Part shown: positions 11,157 to 20,500 of the stretch, one piece after another
Position numbering within the stretch: the first letter of the stretch is position 1
Layout of the letters: each line of letters starts with the position of its first letter
Source: Candidatus Latescibacterota bacterium
GTDB taxonomy: Bacteria; Latescibacterota; UBA2968; UBA8231
Reading direction: 5' to 3'
NCBI GenBank assembly: GCA_965197905.1
Contig: CBDAOB010000005.1
Span: 1,824,001-1,888,000, forward strand
DNA length: 64,000 nucleotides
Made by a program: the position numbers and the translations under genes
The notes under the pieces: model-generated
Databases searched by the model: none
What the model was told of the DNA's origin: nothing
Seen by the model: only the letters and a program-made list of their open reading frames with translations

Positions 11157-11665
11157 TAGGTTTCGGCCTGGGTCGCAGCGCGCGTCAGAAGAGGAAGCTC
11201 TTCCTGGAGATGGAACTCTGCCCTCCTGTGACAGGAAGGGCAAAGTGAAACGAGATGCTCGAGATTGTTCGCTCCGAGGTTCGATTCGAAGCTGCCATAG
11301 GGTATAGCATGGTGAACATCGAGCTTTCTGCCCAACGTTTCCTCGGTCACGCCGCATTTTCGGCAGGAGAAGTTATCTCGTTCGCGAGTAGCTAAGGATT
11401 GAATCTTCCAATTACCCCCTCTACTGTACCGCACCCCGGATGCACCTAAATCTGCGTCCGGTCGCTCGCTTGCCCAGGACCGCCGACATTTGGGGCCGCA
11501 GAACATCACACTGAGCTTCTTCGCCATGAACCAATCTGGGACTTCGATGCGGGTGCTGCAGTGAGCACACGCCAGCGTTGACCTATCACCAGAGTCTATT
11601 GGTGTAAGGTGACCGCCGCCAAATTCGAGATTAAGCTGGGAACCATCCGGTTTTTTCGGGGCCAT
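11156..11665 (-). CDS. HNH endonuclease with N-terminal CxxC Zn-binding segment
   Basis: CAHC...FCGPKC; RERDNFSCRKCG; LDVHHAIP; ANNLEHLVSLCPSCH. Confidence 0.85.
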   Translation of the reverse strand: MAPKKPDGSQLNLEFGGGHLTPIDSGDRSTLACAHCSTRIEVPDWFMAKKLSVMFCGPKCRRSWASERPDADLGASGVRYSRGGNWKIQSLATRERDNFSCRKCGVTEETLGRKLDVHHAIPYGSFESNLGANNLEHLVSLCPSCHRRAEFHLQEELPLLTRAATQAET

Positions 11666-11710
11666 TCCATTGCGCAGGGGACCGACATTCGCGCAATGTG
11701 GGGTTGGCCA

Positions 11711-11740
11711 AAAATACTGATTTTACTAAGGATATGTCAA
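11711..11740 (-). promoter_or_regulatory. Putative sigma70 promoter for the HNH/glycosylation operon
   Basis: Minus strand reads TTGACA-N18-TATTTT, about 45 nt upstream of ATG 11665. Confidence 0.5.
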
Positions 11741-11744
11741 GTTG

Positions 11745-12149
11745 TCAGTCGCTCGTAAGGGTGAAATCGACGTCCAAGGTATCGCGTACGGTGCGCGCCT
11801 GCGCCACCACCTCCCCGCGCCGGGATCGGCCGTCGCCGGGACTCTGCAGGAAGGCGATCGCCAGGCCGTCGAGGGTGATGGCGCTTGAGGTTATCGTACC
11901 TACGGTGGTTGCGAACACTACGACGGTGCTATCCTGAACCGGGCGGGTTCCCTCCCTGATGGTTGCCCAGATCTCCGAAACGGCCTCGCTGTCCTCAACC
12001 GAAAGCCGGTCTGGAAAGGCGGCGAGCTCGATGGTGAGGTTCTTGTCCTTTGAGCTGGTTGGTGCTACCGAGAAGGCGCACTGGCCGGCGGCGAGCGCAA
12101 TGGCGGCCATGAGCGCAAGGTTCGCGAGAGCTCTGATCTTTCGATTCAC
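11745..12149 (-). CDS. Small putative lipoprotein with invasin/Big-like Ig domain
   Basis: GTG at 12149 overlaps the upstream TGA. Signal MNRKIRALANLALMAAIALAAGQ-C; beta-rich DSTVVVFATTVGTITSSAITLDGLAIAFL. Confidence 0.65.
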   Translation of the reverse strand: MNRKIRALANLALMAAIALAAGQCAFSVAPTSSKDKNLTIELAAFPDRLSVEDSEAVSEIWATIREGTRPVQDSTVVVFATTVGTITSSAITLDGLAIAFLQSPGDGRSRRGEVVAQARTVRDTLDVDFTLTSD

Positions 12150-13630
12150 GGCAGAAAATCCGGTGGAGTCCACGAGAAGCGCTCGGCCATGCTTGCCAGC
12201 ATGTTGCCCGCGACATCCTCGAGGGCTGAGTTTTGTATATCCGACAATTCGCGCGCCGAAGCGGTCGCAGTAATGTTGCGGCGATCGACGGGGAGCAACC
12301 TCACGCGCTTGCGGGCCCGGCCGACGCCGTCGATAGTAGCGGTAAACGCCTCCATCTCCTCCCCTTCCGGGCCGAAGAATTCCATAACTCGGAACCGGAG
12401 TCTGACATCGACCCTGGTCTCTGGCAGCTCGACCAAGTAGGGTAGGTGAATACCGGCAAATCGTTTGATTTCGTAGTCCAGCACCTCCCCCGAAACCACC
12501 ACATCCACACCTAGCTTTCGCGCCAGATCCCGCGCCAACAGCGGTGATACTCCCCCTTTTCGGGGCAAACCGGAGAACCGAGCCAGGTCCACCACCTCGA
12601 GACTGTCGTGGGGAGCGAGCTCCGTTTTGATCTTTGCTACCAGTCGCGGCCCGGCATCGTATTCCTCGAACCCTTCGAAGTCGAGGATGGCGATGCGCAA
12701 GACCTTCTCCGGCTCGTACAGACGTTTTATTGGAGCCGGCGGAATATAGAGTGTATGCCGCGTCCCCAACTTGCGGCGAAAACCGTGCATGCGCACCCCG
12801 AAGGTAAAAGCACCCTTGGTGGGGTGATCCAAGAATCCGATCTCCCGGTTCAATTCCAGTTGGATGCCGCGAAACAACCGAATCCGCGTGCCGAATTTCA
12901 ACGCGCCAGACGCACGAGACTCCTGGGTAAACGAAACGCGAGCCTGGTACTCCACGTTGAAGCTGGCGCGATTTTGACGGCCAACCTCGATGCCGAGACC
13001 GTACACGAGCTGCGAAAGGACCTCCAAATTCCCCGACCGGAAGAATCCGCCGTTGATGTAGAGCGACAGCCTGCGAAAATGGAGGTCAACCAGATATTGC
13101 AGCCCCAAGTCCACCGACTCCGAGCTGAACGGACGGATGCCTCCCACCTTGTCCAGGGCATGTTCCCCCTTGTATCCCAAGGGTAAAGTGAACAAGAGTT
13201 GAAAGGCCGAATGGGAGCTCGACGGCACCTTGGTCTGTCTCGCGTACTTGATCCCGACTACCGGATCCCCGGTGCCGTACTTGTTGAGCCCGCCCGCTGA
13301 ATCTAGAAGGAACGGCACCAAAAAACTTATATCGATGGCGGGACTGAACCCGAAGGCATACCCATAGTTTCCCGTGTAGATGCTCCCCTGCCCCAGCTCG
13401 GGGATCGTAAGACCCACCGATCGATTAAGGGCGCGGACGCGGAATCGGCCCTTCCCCAACGGCTCGGCGCTGTGAATCATGTCCAGGCCCTGGCCGAGAG
13501 GAACGCTGATGGCCGAATTCTGAGGTCGGCGCAAAAGGTTCAGATCTTGAGCCGTTACTGGAGTATTCGCCATGGCCGCAAACGAAAACGCCGCCAGTAA
13601 GATAGCCCCGTATGATTTTTCGTTTGCCAC
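12146..13630 (-). CDS. Outer-membrane beta-barrel protein with C-terminal CsgG/TolB-N-like domain (hypothetical)
   Basis: Signal peptide; alternating amphipathic strands (GTGDPVVGIKY, LVYGLGIEV, FTFGVRM); Pro-rich linker; RIAILDF...LARKLGVDVVVSGEV. Confidence 0.6.
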   Translation of the reverse strand: MANEKSYGAILLAAFSFAAMANTPVTAQDLNLLRRPQNSAISVPLGQGLDMIHSAEPLGKGRFRVRALNRSVGLTIPELGQGSIYTGNYGYAFGFSPAIDISFLVPFLLDSAGGLNKYGTGDPVVGIKYARQTKVPSSSHSAFQLLFTLPLGYKGEHALDKVGGIRPFSSESVDLGLQYLVDLHFRRLSLYINGGFFRSGNLEVLSQLVYGLGIEVGRQNRASFNVEYQARVSFTQESRASGALKFGTRIRLFRGIQLELNREIGFLDHPTKGAFTFGVRMHGFRRKLGTRHTLYIPPAPIKRLYEPEKVLRIAILDFEGFEEYDAGPRLVAKIKTELAPHDSLEVVDLARFSGLPRKGGVSPLLARDLARKLGVDVVVSGEVLDYEIKRFAGIHLPYLVELPETRVDVRLRFRVMEFFGPEGEEMEAFTATIDGVGRARKRVRLLPVDRRNITATASARELSDIQNSALEDVAGNMLASMAERFSWTPPDFLP

Positions 13631-13634
13631 TCTT

Positions 13635-14348
13635 CTACAACCTGGTCGACGACTCTTGAAGGAGCGAGGTCGCTTCTTCGTTTATGTTTTGCAGCAGGTG
13701 CCCCGGATCGCGAAACTGGAACTGGCCGCGAATCAGGCGCAGCTGCGCCGAGGCGTTGTTTGGATCTGGTCTATCCAGGGCGCTGTAGCGCCCCAGCTGG
13801 AAATACGACTCTGCCAGCAGGATACGGACGTGTCGGGAATCGAAGTTGTCGTGGGAGAGATTCCGCCCATCTTCATCCAGTCGAGCCCGCGAGTCGTAGT
13901 CAGGATCGATCTCTAAAGCCGTAATAGCGAACTGGATCGCGTCGCTGAACTGTTGCAGGGCGTGAGCCACGCCCGCCCGCCCGACCCAGGCATCGGTGTT
14001 CCGGGAATCGAGCTGCAATGCTTGCCTGAAGGCCAGATCGGATTTTTCCAGGTCTTGCTGTTTGAAGAAAGACCACGCGATGCCGCTATGCGCTTCTGAC
14101 TTGATCTGGTTCTTGACACCTTCCGCCCCCTCCAATAGGTCGGCCTGTTCGAGGGTCTGAGTAAAACCGTCGATGGCTGCGGCGTAGTTCCCGGTGTTGT
14201 AAGGACTCCAATCTGCCGGCAGTCTGTCCCGCAGTTTGTCCTCTTGTCGTTTTATTTCAGTAGGGCCAAGTCCGTTGCCGCCCCCGCACCCCGATTGCAA
14301 CAGGATTGCCGCGCCGATGAGCGCGATAAACTTCATATTGTTTCCCAT
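13635..14348 (-). CDS. TPR-repeat lipoprotein
   Basis: Lipobox LLQSG-C; TPR helices (AHSGIAWSFFKQQDLEKSDLAFRQALQLDS, AWVGRAGVAHAL...ALEIDPD); SD GAGGT before ATG 14348. Confidence 0.8.
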   Translation of the reverse strand: MGNNMKFIALIGAAILLQSGCGGGNGLGPTEIKRQEDKLRDRLPADWSPYNTGNYAAAIDGFTQTLEQADLLEGAEGVKNQIKSEAHSGIAWSFFKQQDLEKSDLAFRQALQLDSRNTDAWVGRAGVAHALQQFSDAIQFAITALEIDPDYDSRARLDEDGRNLSHDNFDSRHVRILLAESYFQLGRYSALDRPDPNNASAQLRLIRGQFQFRDPGHLLQNINEEATSLLQESSTRL

Positions 14349-14365
14349 AGATGACCTCTTTGGAC

Positions 14366-17274
14366 TCATTTCAACAACATCATGGAACGCGACAAGATTC
14401 GATTTCCTGACTCCAACCTGTAGAAGTAGATGCCGCTGCTCACCGTGCCACCGCTCTCGTCTCGCGCATCCCATTGCAGCTCATGCCGACCAGCCGATAC
14501 CTCTCTGGCGAGCAACTGACGTACCAGCTGACCCGATATGTTATAAATAGCGAGTCGCACGGATCTTTCCTCGGGTACAGCCAGGGAACGTCCTGTTTGC
14601 CGCGGCGCCCGATACCGGTGATGTTTCCTGTAGCATTAAGTTGAGCTTCGATACTCCACTGGATGGCCGAGTCCGGATGGGAGACGCGATCGAGAATGAA
14701 CTTATTGAGACTGTCTTCGTGGGACGTGCCGGCAACGAACTGAACGTCGGGCAGTGGCAACAAGCGGAGGACCTCGCTCTCGCCGAATACGCGGATGTGC
14801 GCCGTCTCCGTATTGCTATTTCCCAGGCTGTCCCTGGCCGTGAAGGCTACCGTATCAGTACCCGAGCTAACACCGAAGAACTGCACGATGTTCCCTTCGA
14901 TAATCGCGGGGATCGAATGGTCGCCTCCAAGGATGGTGAACTCCCAGGTCAAACTCTCCACCGGGAACTCGGCTGGGGCTTGAACGAAGTTGTCCAGATC
15001 CAGCACCTCGATGAATACTCCCACGGGCACCTCGAGGGTCAGCGGAAACGGACGGATCTGGAAGGAGTCTGAAGGTGGACCGCCCGATCGAATCGTCACG
15101 AGCATGGTATCCTGTGCCGTGATACCCTCCGGCGAGATCACCTGAAAGATTACGGATTCAGTGCGGAAGGTTGCACGGTCACTCACAACGAAGGTGACCA
15201 GGTGCGTAATCGGATCTATGCCGATCTGGAGGTTGCCTTGATCGAAACTGTCCAGGACGCGCCAGCTCATCTCCTGATCGGAGTTGTTCGAGTCGTAATA
15301 GAAGCTATCAAGGTCGATTTCGCTGTGCCGCTGTCCCTGATCCAATATCAGGTCGGGGAGTCCGCCGGCCACAGGCGTTCCATCTGAGGAGTAGATCCTG
15401 AGCTTCAAATCATCCGACTGATTCCCCGGGTCCGAGACAATCAGAACTGCCTCCTCGTAGCCAACGAATTCGAACGGCGAAGCCGCCGAAAGCACGTGAT
15501 TCTCATCGACCTCAAGTACCGTCCTGATGAACGAAGGGAATGCCCAGGCAAGCTCCGAGTCGGCGTTGTCCGGGTCGTCGACGAAGTCGTCCAGATTCTC
15601 TTGAGCCGTATCTCCTCCGGGTATCAGATTGACCTTGATCTCATCGGGAAACACGACCGGTGGCAAAGCCTCCGCGGCGGTTATGAAGATCACCATCGTG
15701 TCGGAGAGTCGTTCGGGATCCACCGGATCCGCTAGTCGAAAGGTGACCCTTCCCAACCCGGAAAAATCTGGGGTGCCGGTGATCGAGATCACCAGGCCGG
15801 CCTCGGTCCGGGTGGTGTCGGTGGCAAAATGCTCTTCCGGGTCATCTACCCAGGACAGCTCGAGGCTGTCCAATGATGTGTCCACGTCCCGTGCAATGTT
15901 GCTCAACAGATAAGAACGGGTCCCTCCCCGGCTAACCTTCGGCTCCCGGTCCTGCAGAATGAACTCCGGCGGGTCTGGAAGCTCGATCACCTCGATGATC
16001 ACGCGCAAAGAATCCAACCCGCGGAAGGCATCGAGCACCACCACCTTAAGCGAGTCGGTTCCAAAGAAATCCTGCCGGGACCATACCAGTAGCTCGTGGG
16101 TGTTCGGGTCATCGTCGGCCCGCACATTTACCGTGTCGGAGAAGGCACCGAACGGCAGCACCGTAAAGTTCAGCTCGCTCTGCGGGTCGATGACGTCCGG
16201 ATCGTCGACAATCTGATCAAGATCTCTGCCGCGAAACGCAACACGCCTGTCCAGAGCTAGACCCGGCGTAAACGGACTGCCGTCCTCGACGATGCGAATC
16301 GTGTCTCGCTTGACCCCATCGGCACCGGGTTGAATCGAAAACACGGGTGGATTGTTCACCACAATATCCGAGAATTCGGTGGTCTTATTAGGCTCCTGAC
16401 CCGGGATGAGTCCCGAAGGTTCCTCGGCGATCCAGATGATCCGCTGGCGCCCCGTCCAGCCGTTCTTCGGGGTCACCTTTACGCGGTTGGTCACGGGCTC
16501 GATCTCCACCGAAAGGCTGTCCTCCAGGAAACTGTCCACAACGGAAGGATCGACGTTGGGAAGCTCGAAGGACCAGCGTATGGAATCTGGAGCGGCAAGG
16601 GTGCTGGAGACGTAGCTCGTCAGCGAGCCAATCTGCAGACTGTCGGCCTGGCCGGGTGAGAGGATCACATCCGGGATGTCTCGCAGTTGCAGCCCGGTAA
16701 CCGTGATTTCCATACCCCGGACGGTGAGGAAGCGAACCTCTTGGCCATCAGGCAGTACTAAACGGGTTTCGCGGACCGGGTTGTCGTCGATATCAATTCG
16801 ACCGTTGACGATGGGACGGACGCAAAGCAGCCGAAACGACGCTATCACGCCTGCTCCACCCCGGGTTCTCTGCCCGGCGGCCCCAACGACAGCGGCATAA
16901 TCCAGCTGCTGACCCTCGAAGTTGGAAGCGGACGGGTCGCTTTCAGGAAGCAGAAGGTTGATCTGCTCGCCTGCACCCTGAAAGAGCGGCCCCTGGAGAA
17001 AAGGCTGGACTCCGACACGCAACTCGGCCCCCTGATCGATTACCTGGAAGGCATCGCTGGGCACCGTTATGAAAAAGGCGACTCCGGACGCCTCCACTCT
17101 GCCCAGGTCACCGAACACCTCGATGGTGATCGTCTGGCCAACCTGGACCGTCGCCCGCGAGGAGTTTCCGCCGGCCTGCTGGAGTCGCAATGTTTGCGCA
17201 CCGGCAGCAGTCCAACTGAGACCGAATAGACCTATGACAAATACGGTCGGGACTAATCTATTTCGCATACTCAT
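14366..17274 (-). CDS. Large secreted protein: cohesin-like N-domain, about 7 cadherin-like/Ig repeats and a FlgD/T9SS-like C-terminal domain; interrupted near 14590
   Basis: Signal peptide MSMRNRLV...AAGA-Q; repeats of the form LDxFVxDxD...LxW. A second frame (14366-~14590) encodes SVRLAIYNISGQLVRQL...WDARDESG..VSSGIYFYRL...SRSMMLLK. Confidence 0.75.
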
Positions 17275-17317
17275 CGGCGTTTAGTCCGGACACAATAGTC
17301 CGGGCACCCGCAACTAC

Positions 17318-17333
17318 GCAAATTGCGTGCCCA
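17318..17333 (-). promoter_or_regulatory. sigma54 (-24/-12) promoter
   Basis: Minus strand TG-GGCACG-CAAT-TTGC with exact GG-N10-GC spacing, about 45 nt upstream of ATG 17274. Confidence 0.65.
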
Positions 17334-17478
17334 TTTCCACACATAAGAGCATCGCCAACTCGAAGGTTGGCGGAACTGTAATTCCCTCTCCTATGACGCC
17401 CGACCGGCTGTTGGCGTTTCGGGGAGCACATTTACCTAGGCCATCGTGCGAGGGGAACTCTTTTCCTGCAGAACAAGC

Positions 17479-17511
17479 AAAAGCGCCGCAGGGTTTCCCC
17501 TGCGGCGCTTT
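17479..17511 (-). terminator. Intrinsic terminator after the giant protein gene
   Basis: Perfect 14-bp stem AAAGCGCCGCAGGG/CCCTGCGGCGCTTT with a 4-nt loop and T-rich tail on the minus strand, 24 nt after the stop. Confidence 0.85.
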
Positions 17512-17534
17512 GTACCGTTGTTGATCTACCTGGT

Positions 17535-20500
17535 TTATTTCACCAGGGTCATCTTGCGAATCTGCGAGAAGTCGCCGGATTCCAGACTGTAGAAATACAC
17601 TCCGGAGGATACGTCATGACCGGCTTCCGTGGTACCGTTCCACTTCATGCGGTAGGTACCCGCCTTCATCCGCTTGTCCGCCAGCGTCCGGACGGTCTGT
17701 CCGAGCTGGTTGTAGATCCGCAGCTTGACGATGCCCTCGGCGGGAATGTCGAAGCGGATCTCCGTGGACGGATTGAACGGATTCGGGAAGTTCTGATGCA
17801 GTGCTGCCACCTTCGGCAGGGCCGGAGCCTTCTTCACCTGCATCGGAGAGCCACGGAACTCGCTGTTCACCAGGTCACCGGAGATGATCTCCATTTCGCC
17901 CGGATCATCACCCATCGCGACGAAGCGCAAGGTAGCCAGGTTGGCGTTGCCGCTTGCCGACCAGCTTGCTCCAATGCGACCACCGGTCACATCGACGCGA
18001 CCCGGCTGGACGCGATGGAAGAAGAGCGATCCATGCGGGTTCTTGGCAAAGACGTCGCCTGCCGTCGCGGCCTTGTCGCCACCGATCAGCTTAACCCTGT
18101 TCGGATCGAAGCTGACGCTGAGACCGTAGGCCATGACGTCGGTCATGCCGGTGACGTTCAGGTTCACCTCGAACTCGCGGCCGGTCCACCAGGACTCAAC
18201 ATCGCTGAGACCGTTGAGCTCGACCACGGCGTTCTCGTTGTCACCGCTGGCGTAACCCCGCTTGAAGACAGGCGGAGCACCAAAGCCGTCGATACCGAAG
18301 TTCTGGCTTACGAAACCCAGATCGATGGCGTTGATGATGCCGTCGTCGTTGATATCCGATGGCGCCTGGAATCCAGCATCGGCCGGAGTCAGGTTCCACA
18401 GGCTGAAGACGAGGTTCGCGTCAGCAACATCCACCTGGTTGTCGCCCGTCGCATCGCCGCCCTTGAGGAAACCAAACGGCGTCGCCGGAGACAGGTTACC
18501 CAGGTTGTCAGACCCGAAGGTCGGATCGGCGGTCTTGGTCGTCCCGTTGAACAAGTTCAGCGTATCGGTACGACCGGAGATGTAGCCGTCGGTCTTCACC
18601 GTGATCTCGTAGATACCCGGGGGTATCTCCGTGAGGGTGAAGGTCCCGAAGGCATCGCTGACCACGTTGACCGAATCGAGTATCACAACCACGCCCGGAG
18701 CGTTGCCGGTAATGGTGCTGATGTTGCCAACCGCACCGCTGGTGCCACCCGTGACCGTCTCGCCAGTCGAAAACACGCCCGTGAGCGGGGTTCCTACCGT
18801 GAGATTGGGACTGGCAAACGCGGTGACCACGCCGGCTGCGCCGCTGGTCGTACCCGTAGCCGTCTCAGAGGCGGCAAAGGTACCAGTGATACTGGCCAAA
18901 CCTAGCGTTACCGTCGTATTGCCACCGGTCGAATCGAGCGCAACGTCGTTGGCGCGGATGAAACTCTCATCAGTTATATCCTGCGTGCTTCCGATCTCGC
19001 GCAAGTGCACATCCAGGGTGTCGCCAAAATTCGTGCGACCCTGGAGTGGCGCCGTGGCGATCACGCGAGCACGAGGCGTCAGTGTTACGACACCGTCGCG
19101 CGGTGGAGCAGCTATCTGCGTAGTTCCGTTGCGCATTCCGGTGATTCGATTGCCGCCGGAATTCCACGCCAACGTGGTGTCTGCAGGTGCACCGCCCGTG
19201 AAGCGCTTGACCAGGAGTTGCACCGTGGCGGCCACCTGGGAGCTGTCGCCCGCCACGTTGCCGATCACCTCGCCACCGATCCGGCTCTCTACGAAGTTCA
19301 GGTAGAGCCACTGGTCGGTGCCCTGTGTCGTATCGTTCTGCGCGATGGTTGCGGCACCGATGAAGGCGCCGGTCGAATCCTTGAACGGCTGCACACCCGA
19401 CGTAGCCGCATCCTGGTCGATGACCTCGAAGTGCGAACGTGGCACGTTCAGATGGAAAGCCATCAGGTCGATGCTGCTGGCCTGTGAGTTCGTCAAGACC
19501 TGGAAGTCGAGCGTATCCCCCGAGCTTGCGGTGAGAGCTGTGGGCCCGAGCTCAATACTGAAGATCGGGTCAGCCCCCTCGACACGCAGGGCTCCGGGCG
19601 CCTTGGAAAGCACGGCCGACAGAGACTGAGATCCGTTGCCAGTGGCTATCGAATCCACCGTGCCATTGACGAAGATGTCTTCACCGAACTGCGGATTCAT
19701 GCTGGCGGCGACGAAGATGTCGAACTCGGTTGGCGTCCCGATTATCTTGAAGGACGTCGTCTTCGTATCCCACAGGAAGAAATTCTCGTCGCTTTCACGA
19801 ATCCGCTGGATCTTCAGTGAAGTGGAGCCCGTGTAATCCTCGATCTGGGCACCAGCAGCGTTTACGTTCGTGCCGTCCAGGCTATTGATGAGAAACACGT
19901 CACCATTGCCTGCACCAGCATTGGTTTCCAATTGAGTAATTGTGGTGTACTTGTTTTTCGGTGCCGCATAGAGACGCAGGTAGGCGTCATCCGTGCCCGT
20001 GCCATCGTCGATCAGGAAAGCATCCCATTCGAGACGGATCACGTCGCCGTTGATGAGCGTCTGCCCGGACTCGGGCGGCGTCTTCATGGTTACACGTGGC
20101 AACTGGGAAGCAGGGCTCGTACCACTGCCTTGCAGCAGCACGGCACCACCCCCCTGCACCCGCGTGTTACCAAGGGTATCTGCCATGACGGCGTAGACCC
20201 ACGCCGTGTCCACCGTGGAGCCAACCTGGAGATATTCGGATTGTTGGCATTCGACGGGGCCCCGCTTGGGCTGCCCCTGAACGTCTTGGGCAACTCGCCG
20301 GGCGGGTTACGGAAATCCCAGACGAACTGGTCTCCGGCACCCTCGTCGTCCTCGCGGATACCGCCCTGGATCAAGACAGCGTTTCCAGGATTAGTGCCAC
20401 TGGTTGCCACCAGTTGCGTCGAATCGGTCCCAGAGTAATCCACAGTGGTCGGATCGATGCCGGTGTAGTAGAGAGCAATTATGGCATTTCCATCCAGGTC

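Noticed and set aside
17535..17800. FlgD-like domain as evidence of a flagellar gene
   Set aside because: It is a C-terminal sorting-type Ig domain on a secreted protein; there are no flagellar structural genes in the window.
17616..19487. Long + strand ORFs (429, 224 and 160 aa) opposite the giant gene
   Set aside because: Antisense shadows of a strongly codon-biased GC-rich gene; no recognisable motifs or RBS.
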